This document shows positions 9,198 through 19,551 of a stretch of 64,000 nucleotides of DNA, one piece after another. The stretch is from positions 151,657-215,656 of the IMG/VR virus record IMGVR_UViG_3300046694_000296; one strand, given 5' to 3'. The translations under genes were made by a program, and so were the position numbers. Every line of letters starts with the position of its first letter. The stretch's first letter is position 1. The notes under the pieces are model-generated. The model was not told where the DNA came from, did not search any database, and saw nothing but the letters and a program-made list of their open reading frames with translations.

Positions 9198-10243
9198 GCG
9201 CAGCAGACGATCTGGCAAAAGCAATCCTGGGCGCGGTGGGCGCCAACGACGACGAGCTGGAGGTGCCCGGCTACATCGACACTGGCTATGAGCCGCTGAA
9301 CGAGATCTTGACCGGCGACCCGAAGAACGGCGGCATCCCGATTGGGCGCATCGTCGAAATCTTCGGCCCGTCGAGCTCCGGTAAGACGTGGCTCGCGACG
9401 CAGATCATGGTCGCCGCACAGAAGGCGGGCGGGGTGTCGATGTTCATGGACCACGAACTGACGTTCCAGCAGCCGTTTGCGGAGCGCAGCGGCCTGAACC
9501 CGCAGTTCCCGTTCTTCATTTACAAGCGCCCGCCGACGTGGGAAGAGTCCAACACGCTCGCGCTGCAAGCCGCTGAAGCGATCCGCAAGAGCAAGAAGCT
9601 CGACCCGCTGGCGCCCATCGTGTGCGTGTTCGATTCGGTCGCCGCGATGATCCCGAAGTCCGTCTGGGAGAAGGGCATCGGCGAATACTCGATGAACGAC
9701 ACGACGGCGCTCGCGCGGGTGTCCTCGACGACGATCAAGGCGGTCAACCAGAAGGCGGCAGAGTTCAACCTGACCATCGTCTACCTGAACCAGATCCGCA
9801 CGAAACCCGGCGTGGTCTACGGTGACCCGACCACGACGCCGGGCGGCTCGTCCTTCGAGTTCTACGCGACGATGCGCCTCGCGCTCGGCAAGAAGTTCAT
9901 CCGTGCGAAGGTCAACGGCAAGGACGAGATCGTCGGACAGCTGATGGGCATCGAGACGAAGAAGAACAAGCTCTCGCGGCCGCGTCAGGAAGTCGACCTG
10001 CGCCTGCAGTTCGAGGACGACGGCATGACGAAGGTGAACCTCACGCTCTCGCTGCTGGACTACGCGGTCGCCACGGGCAAGCTGAAGAAGCTCTCCACGG
10101 GCCGCATCGAGTGGGTCAATGGTTCGAGCTACCCGCCGGGCCAGCTCGCCGACATGATCGACAAGGGCGGCCTGAAGCCGGTCTTGCTGAACATTCTCTA
10201 CCCGGCGCACTACCCGGCAGTCACGCCCGCTGCCGCAGCCTAA
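9194..10243 (+). CDS. recA: RecA/UvsX-family recombinase
   Basis: GRIVEIFGPSSSGKT, VFDSVAAM, YLNQIR, TTPGG..FEFYA, KKNK. Confidence 0.92.
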   Translation: MSAADDLAKAILGAVGANDDELEVPGYIDTGYEPLNEILTGDPKNGGIPIGRIVEIFGPSSSGKTWLATQIMVAAQKAGGVSMFMDHELTFQQPFAERSGLNPQFPFFIYKRPPTWEESNTLALQAAEAIRKSKKLDPLAPIVCVFDSVAAMIPKSVWEKGIGEYSMNDTTALARVSSTTIKAVNQKAAEFNLTIVYLNQIRTKPGVVYGDPTTTPGGSSFEFYATMRLALGKKFIRAKVNGKDEIVGQLMGIETKKNKLSRPRQEVDLRLQFEDDGMTKVNLTLSLLDYAVATGKLKKLSTGRIEWVNGSSYPPGQLADMIDKGGLKPVLLNILYPAHYPAVTPAAAA

Positions 10244-10296
10244 GAAATCGCCGTCCCTATACTCGAAAGCAAGTCAAACGAGTATGGGGACAAGCG

Positions 10297-10653
10297 ATGG
10301 AACAACACGTGATCGAATTTGCGCCGCCGGCCGAAGGGCTCGACGGCGTTTTGCCATTCAACACCTTTCGCCTCGGGCGCGTGTGGCATGAGCGTCTGAA
10401 AACGGGCGACGAGGTGTTCCTCATGTGGGCGAAGAAGATGCAGGTGTTCGCCCGCGCCCGCGTCGGTGCCGTCTACAAGGGGAAGCTACGCGAGCTCGCC
10501 AATGAGCATGCGCGCTTCAACCACAACCAGCTTGCGCTGGACGTCTCAGGTGCCCCGGATCGTCTGATGGTGAACATGACGAAGCGCTACGGGCCGCACC
10601 TCATTCACGACAATAAGCTCGCAACGTGCATTTATTTACAGAGGATCGAATGA
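10297..10653 (+). CDS. hypothetical protein (ASCH/PUA-like possible)
   Basis: ORF with phage codon usage, FNTFRLG motif; TATACT upstream at ~10258. Confidence 0.5.
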   Translation: MEQHVIEFAPPAEGLDGVLPFNTFRLGRVWHERLKTGDEVFLMWAKKMQVFARARVGAVYKGKLRELANEHARFNHNQLALDVSGAPDRLMVNMTKRYGPHLIHDNKLATCIYLQRIE

Positions 10654-11096
10654 TCGACATTCCAATCGAACTACCCCCACTTTGGAAAGCCTCGCGCTAT
10701 GACAACGACTGTGTGCTGATCGAAGCGCCGCACGGCGCAGTCACCATCAACGTGAAGGAACGCTCCTACGTGTATGGGACCATGCGCCCGCGCCGCACGG
10801 TGCTCGGCGTGGACGTCTATCGTGGGCGCGACTGGCGCAAATACCTGTTCGAAGATGCTGTCGAATGTCTCTGGCGATATTCGGAGCTGTCGCATGGCTA
10901 AGAACGCATCGCCGGAAGAAGTTGCGCGCCACAACGACGTCACGCGCCAGGTCATCATCGGCACGCTCTGCGAGGCGGGGCTCACCTCCACCGTGTCCGT
11001 CAGACTCGCGCGGGAAATCATGGACGTTATCGCGCGTCGCGGCTACGAGCCGCAGATTCTCGGGCTGAACCAACTCAAGAACGGGAAGAGGATCTG

Positions 11097-11540
11097 ATGG
11101 CTGAGCTGAAGGTCAAGGAGTGGAAACCGTCACCCTGCGGCAAGTATCAGTCGGCGCAGGTCAAGAAGGGCCACAACCTCTACGGCGAGATCCGCAAATA
11201 CACGAACGGCATGAGCATCTACTGGGCCTTCAGGAAGCCCGACGAGGTGTTCGTGGAGCTTGACGCCTGGGCGATCGACACCGAGACGATCTCCGTGATG
11301 AAGAGCCGGCGCGTCACCCACATCGGCATCCTCGTCTCGAACGGCGACCAATACCTGACGCGCATCGAGACGATGACCGACAAGGACAAAGGTGCGGTCG
11401 TCCTCAACTACACCACCCATCGCGGCGCACGCGGCAAGTTCGGCGCCCGGCAGTGGTATCTGCCGCGCAGCCAGTTCGTGCAGCAACTCGCGCCGCCCGA
11501 GTCCACCATCGAGCAGATGAAGATCAAAGGACGAAGATAA
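11097..11540 (+). CDS. hypothetical protein
   Basis: Translationally coupled ORF with typical codon usage. Confidence 0.6.
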   Translation: MAELKVKEWKPSPCGKYQSAQVKKGHNLYGEIRKYTNGMSIYWAFRKPDEVFVELDAWAIDTETISVMKSRRVTHIGILVSNGDQYLTRIETMTDKDKGAVVLNYTTHRGARGKFGARQWYLPRSQFVQQLAPPESTIEQMKIKGRR

Positions 11541-11596
11541 GTAAGCCGTTACGTGTTTGCTACAATCGGTCATTCTGAAATGAGGGAACCAACACG

Positions 11597-12004
11597 ATGA
11601 TTCTAGCCACAGCGCTTTTATGCCTGACCATGAATGTTTACTTCGAGGCCCGCGACCAACCGATTGCCGGGCAATACGCAGTCGCCGCCGTCACCATGAA
11701 CCGCGCGGCCGACGATCCGAAACAGGTCTGCGATGTGGTGATGCAGCCGCATCAATTCAGCTGGACCGATAAGCTCCTCCAGCGCGACGAAGTGGGCTGG
11801 AAGCTGCGCAAGGCCGGCGTGCCCAAGGACGACTTCGCATGGGCTATGGCAAGCCGAGTCGCCTTCAACACGCTCAATGGCCACAAGATCGACGCCACGC
11901 ACGGCGCGACCTACTATCACACGAAGGAAGTGCGCCCCGCGTGGCGCAAGCAATTCATCCACGCAGTGACGATCGGCGACCACGTTTTTTATCGCGTAAC
12001 GTAA
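11597..12004 (+). CDS. SleB/Hydrolase_2-family cell wall hydrolase
   Basis: CLTMNVYFEARDQ...AVAAVTMNR...VCDVV.QPHQFSW...GATYYH...IGDHVFY. Confidence 0.9.
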   Translation: MILATALLCLTMNVYFEARDQPIAGQYAVAAVTMNRAADDPKQVCDVVMQPHQFSWTDKLLQRDEVGWKLRKAGVPKDDFAWAMASRVAFNTLNGHKIDATHGATYYHTKEVRPAWRKQFIHAVTIGDHVFYRVT

Positions 12005-12075
12005 GCAACGCGTTACTATACTATCACCTGTAGCGAACAAGTTTCACCCTATCAACCACTCAGGAGTCACCTCGC

Positions 12076-12621
12076 ATGTCCATCTCGTCGTTCTTCTCCA
12101 AGCTGTTCACACACGTATTCACGTGGGGCTTCCTGCTCTACGGTCTGCTCGCCCCGGCGCATGGCTACGAAAACCTCGCTGTGTTCTCGGTCGGCATGAT
12201 CTCGCTGATGTCGCTCATCGGCACGCTCGTGAGTGGCGGCATCGCCTCGGTCGACGTTCCGGGCAGTCGCTTCGGGAAGATCGCCTTCAAGCTGTTCCAG
12301 TGGTCATCCATGTTCCTGGTCATTGCGCTGGCTGAGCATGGGCACTTCATATCGGCAGCGCTGCTGACGCTCAACTTCTTCGTCCATGACGCCGCATACC
12401 GCGCCTTCCGTGCACGAGAGAAAGCCATCAAGCAGATGCTCAGGGAGTTCGCCGACGAGATGAAAGCCTACGACCAGCAGGTTGCGGCCGACGTCCAGCG
12501 TGCCAACGACGAGTATCGCGACGAGAAGCCGACAACGGTGAAGGCAGATCCGAAAGCCCCGCGTGACCCCGCCTTCGGTTACCCGTTCACCCCGCACGAC
12601 ATCGCCGCGACCAGCGCGTAA
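12076..12621 (+). CDS. membrane protein
   Basis: About 4 hydrophobic segments then a coiled C-terminus; AGGAG RBS. Confidence 0.65.
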   Translation: MSISSFFSKLFTHVFTWGFLLYGLLAPAHGYENLAVFSVGMISLMSLIGTLVSGGIASVDVPGSRFGKIAFKLFQWSSMFLVIALAEHGHFISAALLTLNFFVHDAAYRAFRAREKAIKQMLREFADEMKAYDQQVAADVQRANDEYRDEKPTTVKADPKAPRDPAFGYPFTPHDIAATSA

Positions 12622-12719
12622 CGCATCACCAGCAGTAGAAACAGGGGCCGCGTGCCCCTGTTCAGCTTCCAGACATCGGTCAGCACAATGACCGTATCAA
12701 ATTGAAAACGAGGGAAACC

Positions 12720-13787
12720 ATGCAGCCATATGGGCTTCTGAGCGACACACACCTGCACGAATGGAGCGCGTTTGCGCAGACCGGCGACGATCTGGTCAAC
12801 ACCCGCCTCAAGACCATCCAAGACGAGTTCTACCGCTGCGCCGACGAGACGAAGAAGGCGGGCGGCGACACCGTGTATCACGGCGGTGATCTGTTTCATG
12901 TGCGCGGGTCGGTTACGCCGCCCGTGCTGAATACGACGCTCGCAATGTTCGCGCGTATCTACCGCGAGCTTGGCGTGAAGTTTCGCCTGCTCCCGGGCAA
13001 TCACGACCTGACACACAAGCACAGCAACGCAGTTGGCAATGCGGTCGAAGCGATGCGCAGCGATTGGGTGGAGGTCGGCCACGACGTGCAGATCCACGAG
13101 GACCACAACGTTGTGATGGTGCCCTGGATCGAGCGTGTCGAAGACCTGAAGGCAAAGCTCGTCGAAATCCGCGACGACATCGGCAGCATCTCCCCTGGCT
13201 CGCTCAGCAACTCCGACCTCATCATCCATGCGCCGATCGACGGCGTGATCGCAGGTCTGCCCGACCACGGCCTGACCGGGGCGTGGCTCGCGGAGCTCGG
13301 CTTCAAGCGTGTCTTCTCGGGCCACTACCACGCGCACAAGGAAATCGTGCCCGGCAAGGTGTGGTCGATCGGTGCCTCGACACATCAAACATGGGGCGAT
13401 ACGGGCACGAAGGCGGGCTTCCTCATCGTCGGCGAGAACGATGTCAAGTGGCACTGCTCGCGGGCGCCGCACTTTGTGGACATCGAAGCGGGCATGGACC
13501 CGAGCGAGGTGGCGCTGCGCTGCGACGGAAATTACGTCCGCGTCAAAGTCAGCAACGCCAAGCCGAGCGAGGTCACTGCGATCCGTGACGCGCTCACGAA
13601 GCACGGCGCGCTCGGGGTGAGCGTCAATGTCGTGAAGACGCCGACCACGGGCCGCGCATCGACGAGCACAGTGAAAGCGGGCGCATCGCTTGAGGTGCAG
13701 GTGACGGATTACGTGAAGGCCGGCAGCTTCGAGCATGCCGATTTGGTTGCGCAGGGCGCAATCGCAGTTCTCGCGGAGGCAGTGTAA
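12720..13787 (+). CDS. sbcD: SbcD/Mre11-like nuclease
   Basis: SDTHLH, GGDLFH, PGNHD, SGHYH metallophosphoesterase motifs; directly upstream of SbcC. Confidence 0.85.
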   Translation: MQPYGLLSDTHLHEWSAFAQTGDDLVNTRLKTIQDEFYRCADETKKAGGDTVYHGGDLFHVRGSVTPPVLNTTLAMFARIYRELGVKFRLLPGNHDLTHKHSNAVGNAVEAMRSDWVEVGHDVQIHEDHNVVMVPWIERVEDLKAKLVEIRDDIGSISPGSLSNSDLIIHAPIDGVIAGLPDHGLTGAWLAELGFKRVFSGHYHAHKEIVPGKVWSIGASTHQTWGDTGTKAGFLIVGENDVKWHCSRAPHFVDIEAGMDPSEVALRCDGNYVRVKVSNAKPSEVTAIRDALTKHGALGVSVNVVKTPTTGRASTSTVKAGASLEVQVTDYVKAGSFEHADLVAQGAIAVLAEAV

Positions 13788-15749
13788 ATGGAGATTCTTA
13801 AACTACGAGCGGTCAACTTCCTGACGCTCGGTGACTCGGGCGACCTGCTGCTCAAGGACCGCGGTTTGGTCCTGATTCAAGGCGTCAACAACGACGACCC
13901 GTCCGCGATCTCGAACGGTGCGGGCAAGAGCTCCATCGCCGACGCGCTGTGCTGGGCGCTTTACGGCACCACCGCACGCGAAGAGTCGGGCGATTCCGTC
14001 ATCAACAAGAAGGCGAAGAAGGGCACCTACGTGTCGGTGATCCTGCAAGACGGCGAGACGGTTTACGACATTCGCCGCCACCGCAAGGACAAGCAGTTCA
14101 AGAACGCGACCACGATCACGCGCTGGAACCCGGCCGCCGAGTATGAGAACGGTGCGCAGGGCGAGCGCATCGAGAAGGGCACCGAGAAGGAGATCCAGCT
14201 GCAGATCAATGAGATCGTCGGCTGCAACTACGACGTGTTCAAGTCGGCCATCTACGCCGGCCAGGAGGATATGCCCGACCTGCCGAAGATGACCGACAAG
14301 CCGCTCAAGATGCTCATCGAGAAGGCGTCGGGCATCGAACGACTGGAGTCGGCCTACACGATTGCGAACCGTAAGCACGACGAGGCAAAGGCGGCGGTCG
14401 AATCGGTCAACACGAAGATCGCGCTGCTGGAGAACCAGATCGTCAACTGGAAAGTGTCGCTCGCGAACGCCGAGGTCAAGCACAAGGAGTTCGAGGACAA
14501 CCGCCCGGTCACGCAGCAATACTTCCTGAAGGAAGCTGAGACGATCGCCGCGTGTCTGAAAGACAACTTCGCGAAGTTCCAGGCGGTCGGCGAGGCTGCA
14601 CTGATCGAGGAGCGCGACAAGCTGCAAGCGATCCTCGCAGATCACAGCAAGTTCACGACCGAAGCACGCGCGCTGCATGGCGTCGCGGTGCAGGCCGAAT
14701 CAAGCCTCGCTGCGTGGAACCGCAGCTATGAAATGCAGCGGGCCGACATGTTGCGCGCGGTGGAAGCCGTGAAGAATGCCCCCGCAGCGATGGCGAAGCC
14801 CTGCACCGAATGTGGCAAGCCGCATACCGCCGAAGAGCTGGACGAGTTCGTCGCACACCAGACCAAGCGCGCGAAGGAGTTGGCAGCGCAGGTAGCGACG
14901 GTTCAGGCGACGGTGACCGAGCATCAGAACGACCACGCCGCGAAGCTGCGCGCGTATGAGGATTTCCTGAAGACGATTCCCGACGTGTCGGCTACGAGCA
15001 CGCGGCTCGCCGAGGTCAACAAGAGCCTCGCCTACGCGGCCGCCCTGCGCAGCGCCGTGCAGCGCGACAAGCAGAACTACGACCGCATGAAGGAAGAGGC
15101 GGCGAAGGCGCTCACGACCGTCAACCCGCACCAGTCCGCGATCGACTTGGGCCGGGAGAACGTGGGCAAGTGCGAGCAGGCGATCGACAAGCTCAAGGCT
15201 GACGCGGCCGAGCTCATCAAGGCGGTCGAAGTCGCGGCGAGCGTCGCGAAGGTGTTCAGCCCCGGTGGCGTGCGTGCGCAGATCCTCGATACGGTCACGC
15301 CGTTCCTGAACGATCGCACCAGCGACTACCTGTCGGCGCTCTCCGACGGGAACATCAGCGCCGTGTGGTCGACACTGAGCACGACCGCGAAGGGCGAGCT
15401 CCGCGAGAAATTCAACATCGAGGTCGAGAACGCCACCGGTGCTGAGTCGTTCGGTGGTCTGTCGGGCGGGGAAAAGCGCAAGGTCAGGCTCGCGACGATG
15501 CTCGCGCTGCAAGACTTGGTGGCCTCCCGCGCGACCAAGCCGATCAACCTGTGGCTCGGCGACGAGATTGACGATGCGCTCGACGCAGCGGGCCTCGAAC
15601 GGCTCATGACCGTGCTGGAGCAGAAGGCGCGCGAGAAGGGAACCGTGCTGATTATCAGCCACGAAAGCCTCGCCGATTGGGTGGATCAGGTCTGCACCGT
15701 CACGAAGGAAGGCGGGCAATCGACCGTGACCGGAGCGCTCTGCGCATGA
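13788..15749 (+). CDS. sbcC: SbcC/Rad50-like ATPase
   Basis: NGAGKSS Walker A, coiled coil with CTEC zinc hook, LSGGE signature, DEIDDALD, IISH. Confidence 0.9.
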   Translation: MEILKLRAVNFLTLGDSGDLLLKDRGLVLIQGVNNDDPSAISNGAGKSSIADALCWALYGTTAREESGDSVINKKAKKGTYVSVILQDGETVYDIRRHRKDKQFKNATTITRWNPAAEYENGAQGERIEKGTEKEIQLQINEIVGCNYDVFKSAIYAGQEDMPDLPKMTDKPLKMLIEKASGIERLESAYTIANRKHDEAKAAVESVNTKIALLENQIVNWKVSLANAEVKHKEFEDNRPVTQQYFLKEAETIAACLKDNFAKFQAVGEAALIEERDKLQAILADHSKFTTEARALHGVAVQAESSLAAWNRSYEMQRADMLRAVEAVKNAPAAMAKPCTECGKPHTAEELDEFVAHQTKRAKELAAQVATVQATVTEHQNDHAAKLRAYEDFLKTIPDVSATSTRLAEVNKSLAYAAALRSAVQRDKQNYDRMKEEAAKALTTVNPHQSAIDLGRENVGKCEQAIDKLKADAAELIKAVEVAASVAKVFSPGGVRAQILDTVTPFLNDRTSDYLSALSDGNISAVWSTLSTTAKGELREKFNIEVENATGAESFGGLSGGEKRKVRLATMLALQDLVASRATKPINLWLGDEIDDALDAAGLERLMTVLEQKAREKGTVLIISHESLADWVDQVCTVTKEGGQSTVTGALCA

Positions 15750-16264
15750 GCGCGCGAAACAAGAAGTCCAGCGTGCTCGACGACCTTGTGGCGAGCGCCA
15801 CCCAGTTCACACGATATGAGGAGAATCGAAGCATGACACTCGATGCCAAGCAGAAGGCAGCAGACGAGATAGCCGCACGCATTAACAGCGGGCTGCGCGG
15901 ACACGGACGCACGTCGTTCAAGCTCACCGGCCCGGCGCAACTGACCATCAAGACGCGCCAGTCGCAATACAAGAAGAAGGCATTCTTGGGCGACGAGGAG
16001 ATGGCGCTCACCAGCGCATACGCGGGCAAGCGCGGCGACGTGATCGCGGTGTTCAAGAACAACGTGCCGACCGAATACGCCTACATCGAAATTCCGCTGA
16101 TGGAAGCGCGCGAGCGACTGAGTGGCTTTTCAGATTTCATTGCGGCGCTCAACATCGAGGACTTCGACAAGATCGTCGATGGCATCGAGCAGGGTATCGC
16201 GCAGGCAGCCGCCGTCGAGCGCGAAGAGGCAATGGCAGAATCCCCCGAGTTTGGTAGCTGGTAA
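15746..16264 (+). CDS. hypothetical protein ending ...SPEFGSW
   Basis: ORF between sbcC and ruvC; alternative start at 15833 after GAGGAG. Confidence 0.65.
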   Translation: MSARNKKSSVLDDLVASATQFTRYEENRSMTLDAKQKAADEIAARINSGLRGHGRTSFKLTGPAQLTIKTRQSQYKKKAFLGDEEMALTSAYAGKRGDVIAVFKNNVPTEYAYIEIPLMEARERLSGFSDFIAALNIEDFDKIVDGIEQGIAQAAAVEREEAMAESPEFGSW

Positions 16265-16276
16265 AAGGAAAGGAAC

Positions 16277-16843
16277 ATGAAACTCAAGTTGGTCGGCTTG
16301 GACCCGAGCCTCACAAATACGGGCATCGCGATCATGGAATACGACACCGACACGTGCGCGCTGTCGGTTGCGAAGCTCCATCTGGTCGAGACGGAAAACC
16401 AGAAGGGCAAGCAGGTGCGCCAGAACTCTGACGACCTGCGTCGCTGTCGCGAGATCGTCGCGGGCATGCGCGCCGCGTGCGACGGCGCGCTCTTCGCCAT
16501 CTCTGAAGTGCCCACGGGCGCGCAGAGCGCCCGGGCAGCGCTCGCATTCGGTATGGTCATCGGCATGCTCGCGACGCTGCCTGTGCCGCTCATTCAGGTC
16601 ACGCCGACCGAGGTGAAGCTCGCCGCAGTCGGGCACCGCCAGGCCGCGAAGGAGGAAATGATCGAGTGGGCGATGGGCCGGCACCCGAACGCGGGCTGGC
16701 TCACGAAGAAGGTCAAGGGCGTGGTTTCCCCGGTCGCCAAGAACGAACACTTGGCCGATGCGGTCGCGGTCGTCGAGGCTGGAATTCTGACCGACCAGTT
16801 CAAGCAAGCCGTCGCCATGCTGTCGTTCGCGAAGGCAGCTTGA
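16277..16843 (+). CDS. RuvC-like Holliday junction resolvase
   Basis: VGLDPSLTNTG, ISEVP, PTEVK...A.KEEMIEW, EHLADAVA. Confidence 0.85.
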   Translation: MKLKLVGLDPSLTNTGIAIMEYDTDTCALSVAKLHLVETENQKGKQVRQNSDDLRRCREIVAGMRAACDGALFAISEVPTGAQSARAALAFGMVIGMLATLPVPLIQVTPTEVKLAAVGHRQAAKEEMIEWAMGRHPNAGWLTKKVKGVVSPVAKNEHLADAVAVVEAGILTDQFKQAVAMLSFAKAA

Positions 16844-16976
16844 GCGCGCAAGCGCTCTGCCTACCTATACTGAAAAGGGAAGAGGTCGCAAGGGCGACTT
16901 ATTTTTTGGCTTTGCTGTAGAGTAACCGCTGACTTACAATCTCTTCCCCCTCTCCGAACGAACCCGAGAAACACTG

Positions 16977-19253
16977 ATGAACGTGATTAAGCGTGACGGC
17001 TCAAGCGAGCCGCTGGACATTGCCAAGATTCAAAAATGCGTCGAATGGGCCTGTGCGGGCCTGAACGTGTCGCAGTCCGAGCTCGAGACGAGCGTCGGCG
17101 ACATGCTCTTCGACGGCATGAGCACCCAAGACATTCACCGCGCGACGATTCTCGCCGCCGCGGGCCTGATCTCCCTCGCTGCACCGGACTACACGTTCGT
17201 CGCTGCGCGCCTCTTGAAGCAGCAGATCTTCAAGGAATCGGTCGGCTCGATCAACTACCCGCACCTGTCTGAATACGTGGGCGCAGCGGTCGCTGCCGAG
17301 AAGCTGACGCCTGAGCTGACGGATGGCCGCTTCGACCTGGAAAAGCTCAACGACGCCATCGTGCCGGACCGCGACTACCAGTTCGACTATCTGGGCCTGC
17401 AAACGCTCGCCGATCGCTACTTCATCCGTGAGACGCCCGACGGCCGCATCATGGAGATGCCGCAGCACTTCTTCATGCGCTGCGCGATGGGCCTGGCCCT
17501 GCGCGAAGACAACCCGACCGCCCGGGCCATCGAGTTCTACACGGTCCTGTCGAGCTTCGAATTCATCAACTCTACCCCGACGCTGTTCAACTCGGCGACG
17601 CTGCACCAGCAAATGTCGTCCTGCTACGGCAACCGCGTGGGCGACTCCATCGTGTCGGACCCGGGCGCGCACCCCTACGACTCGATCTACGGCGCGATCA
17701 CCGAATGCGCGCTGCTGTCGAAGTATGCCGGTGGCATCGGCACCGACTGGACGCCTGTGCGCGGCAAGAACAGCCACATCAAGGGCACCAACGGGAAGTC
17801 CTCGGGCGTCGTGCCTTACCTGAAGGTCTACAACGACACCGCGGTCGCCGTGAACCAAGGCGGCAAGCGCAAGGGCTCGTTCGCGCCGTATCTGGAGACG
17901 TGGCACCCGGACCTGCCGGCCTTCCTGCAACTGCGTAAGAACACGGGCGACGAGCACGCCCGCGCGCACGACATTTTCCCGGCGAACTGGATTCCCGACC
18001 TCTTCATGGAGCGCGTCGAGCAGAAGGGCAAGTGGCACTTCTTCGATCCGCACCAGCACCCGGACCTGCACGAGCTGCACGGCGACGCCTTCAAGGCCCG
18101 CTACGAGGAGCTGGAAGCACAGGGCGCATACGTGGGCGAGGTCGAAGCGCTCTCGCTCTGGAAGGATATGCTGACCGCCTTGTTCGAGACGGGCAACCCG
18201 TGGATGACGTGGAAGGACGAGATGAATCGTCGCAACCCGCAAAGCCACGTCGGGGTGATCCACAACTCGAACCTGTGCACGGAGATCGCACTGAACAACT
18301 CGGACACCGAGACGTTCGTGTGCAACCTCGGCAGCGTGAACGTCGCCAAGGTCAACCCGTTCGACCATCCCGAGCGCTTCGCCGAAGTCGTCGCGACCGC
18401 GATGCGGATGCTCGACAACGTGATCGACATCAACTTCTACCCGAGCGACCGCGCCGCCGAGTCGAACCTGAAGCACCGTCCGGTGGGCCTGGGCCTCATG
18501 GGCATGACCGACCTCATGGCGCAAAAGGGCATCGACTGGGAGTCGGAAGCGTGTCTCCAGTTCAACGACGAGCTGCTGGAAGGGCTCTCGTATTGGGCGA
18601 TTCACGCCTCGGTGGGCCTCGCGATTCAGCGCGGCGCATACAGCACGTTCGCCGGCTCGAAGTGGTCGCAGGGCATCCTGCCGATCGACACGGCACGTGA
18701 CCAGACGACCAGCGGCAAATACAACTGGGACTACCTGCGCTTCGCCGTGAAGGCTTACGGCATGCGCAACTGCAACACGATGGCGATTGCGCCGACCGCG
18801 ACCATCAGCAACATCATCGGCGTGACGCCGTGCATCGAGCCGAACTTCGAACTGTTCTTCTCCAAGAAGAACATGGGCGGCAAGTTCCTCGTGCTGGCAC
18901 CGTCGCTGCGCTACGCGGCACCGGGCTACACGGTCAAGACCTGCTTCGATATCGACCCGGACTGGATCGTCAAGGCCGCCGCGCGACGCCAGAAGTGGAT
19001 CGACCAAGCCCAGAGCACGAACATCTGGATCAAGGCGGGCACGAAGGGCAAGCGCCTGTCGGAGATCTACATCATGGCGTGGAAGCTTGGCCTGAAGACG
19101 ACCTACTACCTGCGCAGCCAGTCGGCAGAGGAAGCACAGAAGCCGGCCGATCACGCCGTCGATGCGCTCGCGCCCGCAGTCGATGTGATGGAGCAAGACG
19201 TCTCGGCGGGCCTGTGCTCGATCGAGAACCCCGATTGCACGTCCTGCCAATAA
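16977..19253 (+). CDS. nrdA: ribonucleotide reductase class Ia alpha subunit with ATP cone
   Basis: VIKRDG ATP cone, STPTLFN, SSC, SNLCTEI, CNLGS, IAPTATIS, KTTYY, C-terminal CTSC. Confidence 0.95.
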   Translation: MNVIKRDGSSEPLDIAKIQKCVEWACAGLNVSQSELETSVGDMLFDGMSTQDIHRATILAAAGLISLAAPDYTFVAARLLKQQIFKESVGSINYPHLSEYVGAAVAAEKLTPELTDGRFDLEKLNDAIVPDRDYQFDYLGLQTLADRYFIRETPDGRIMEMPQHFFMRCAMGLALREDNPTARAIEFYTVLSSFEFINSTPTLFNSATLHQQMSSCYGNRVGDSIVSDPGAHPYDSIYGAITECALLSKYAGGIGTDWTPVRGKNSHIKGTNGKSSGVVPYLKVYNDTAVAVNQGGKRKGSFAPYLETWHPDLPAFLQLRKNTGDEHARAHDIFPANWIPDLFMERVEQKGKWHFFDPHQHPDLHELHGDAFKARYEELEAQGAYVGEVEALSLWKDMLTALFETGNPWMTWKDEMNRRNPQSHVGVIHNSNLCTEIALNNSDTETFVCNLGSVNVAKVNPFDHPERFAEVVATAMRMLDNVIDINFYPSDRAAESNLKHRPVGLGLMGMTDLMAQKGIDWESEACLQFNDELLEGLSYWAIHASVGLAIQRGAYSTFAGSKWSQGILPIDTARDQTTSGKYNWDYLRFAVKAYGMRNCNTMAIAPTATISNIIGVTPCIEPNFELFFSKKNMGGKFLVLAPSLRYAAPGYTVKTCFDIDPDWIVKAAARRQKWIDQAQSTNIWIKAGTKGKRLSEIYIMAWKLGLKTTYYLRSQSAEEAQKPADHAVDALAPAVDVMEQDVSAGLCSIENPDCTSCQ

Positions 19254-19290
19254 CCTGAAGGAAGGGCCGGGCAACCGGCCCTTGTCACCT

Positions 19291-19551
19291 ATGAGCAATG
19301 TCATCGACCTCGGCGCCCGACGCGCCGCCAAGCAAGCGCCCGCACCTGTTGTCGAAGAAGCGCCGCTGCCGGCCGCCATGCAACAGGCGATCGAGCAGAA
19401 CTTCGCGCAGATCGGATTTGCGCACTCGCTCGTCGGCCAGGCGCTTCACTTCTACGCCAATCAGGGCTTCGATCATGGTCAGCACGCACGCGTTGCGCTC
19501 GCGGCGATGAACGGCGCTCTCGAACTCGTTCCCGGAGAAACACAAGCATGA
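19291..19551 (+). CDS. hypothetical protein between nrdA and nrdB
   Basis: MSNVIDLGARR ORF coupled to nrdB by ATGA overlap. Confidence 0.55.
   Translation: MSNVIDLGARRAAKQAPAPVVEEAPLPAAMQQAIEQNFAQIGFAHSLVGQALHFYANQGFDHGQHARVALAAMNGALELVPGETQA

Noticed and set aside
2685-19379. Long minus-strand ORFs (2685..4388, 6601..8106, 17001..19379 etc.)
   Set aside because: Antisense shadows of well-supported high-GC genes; no recognisable motifs
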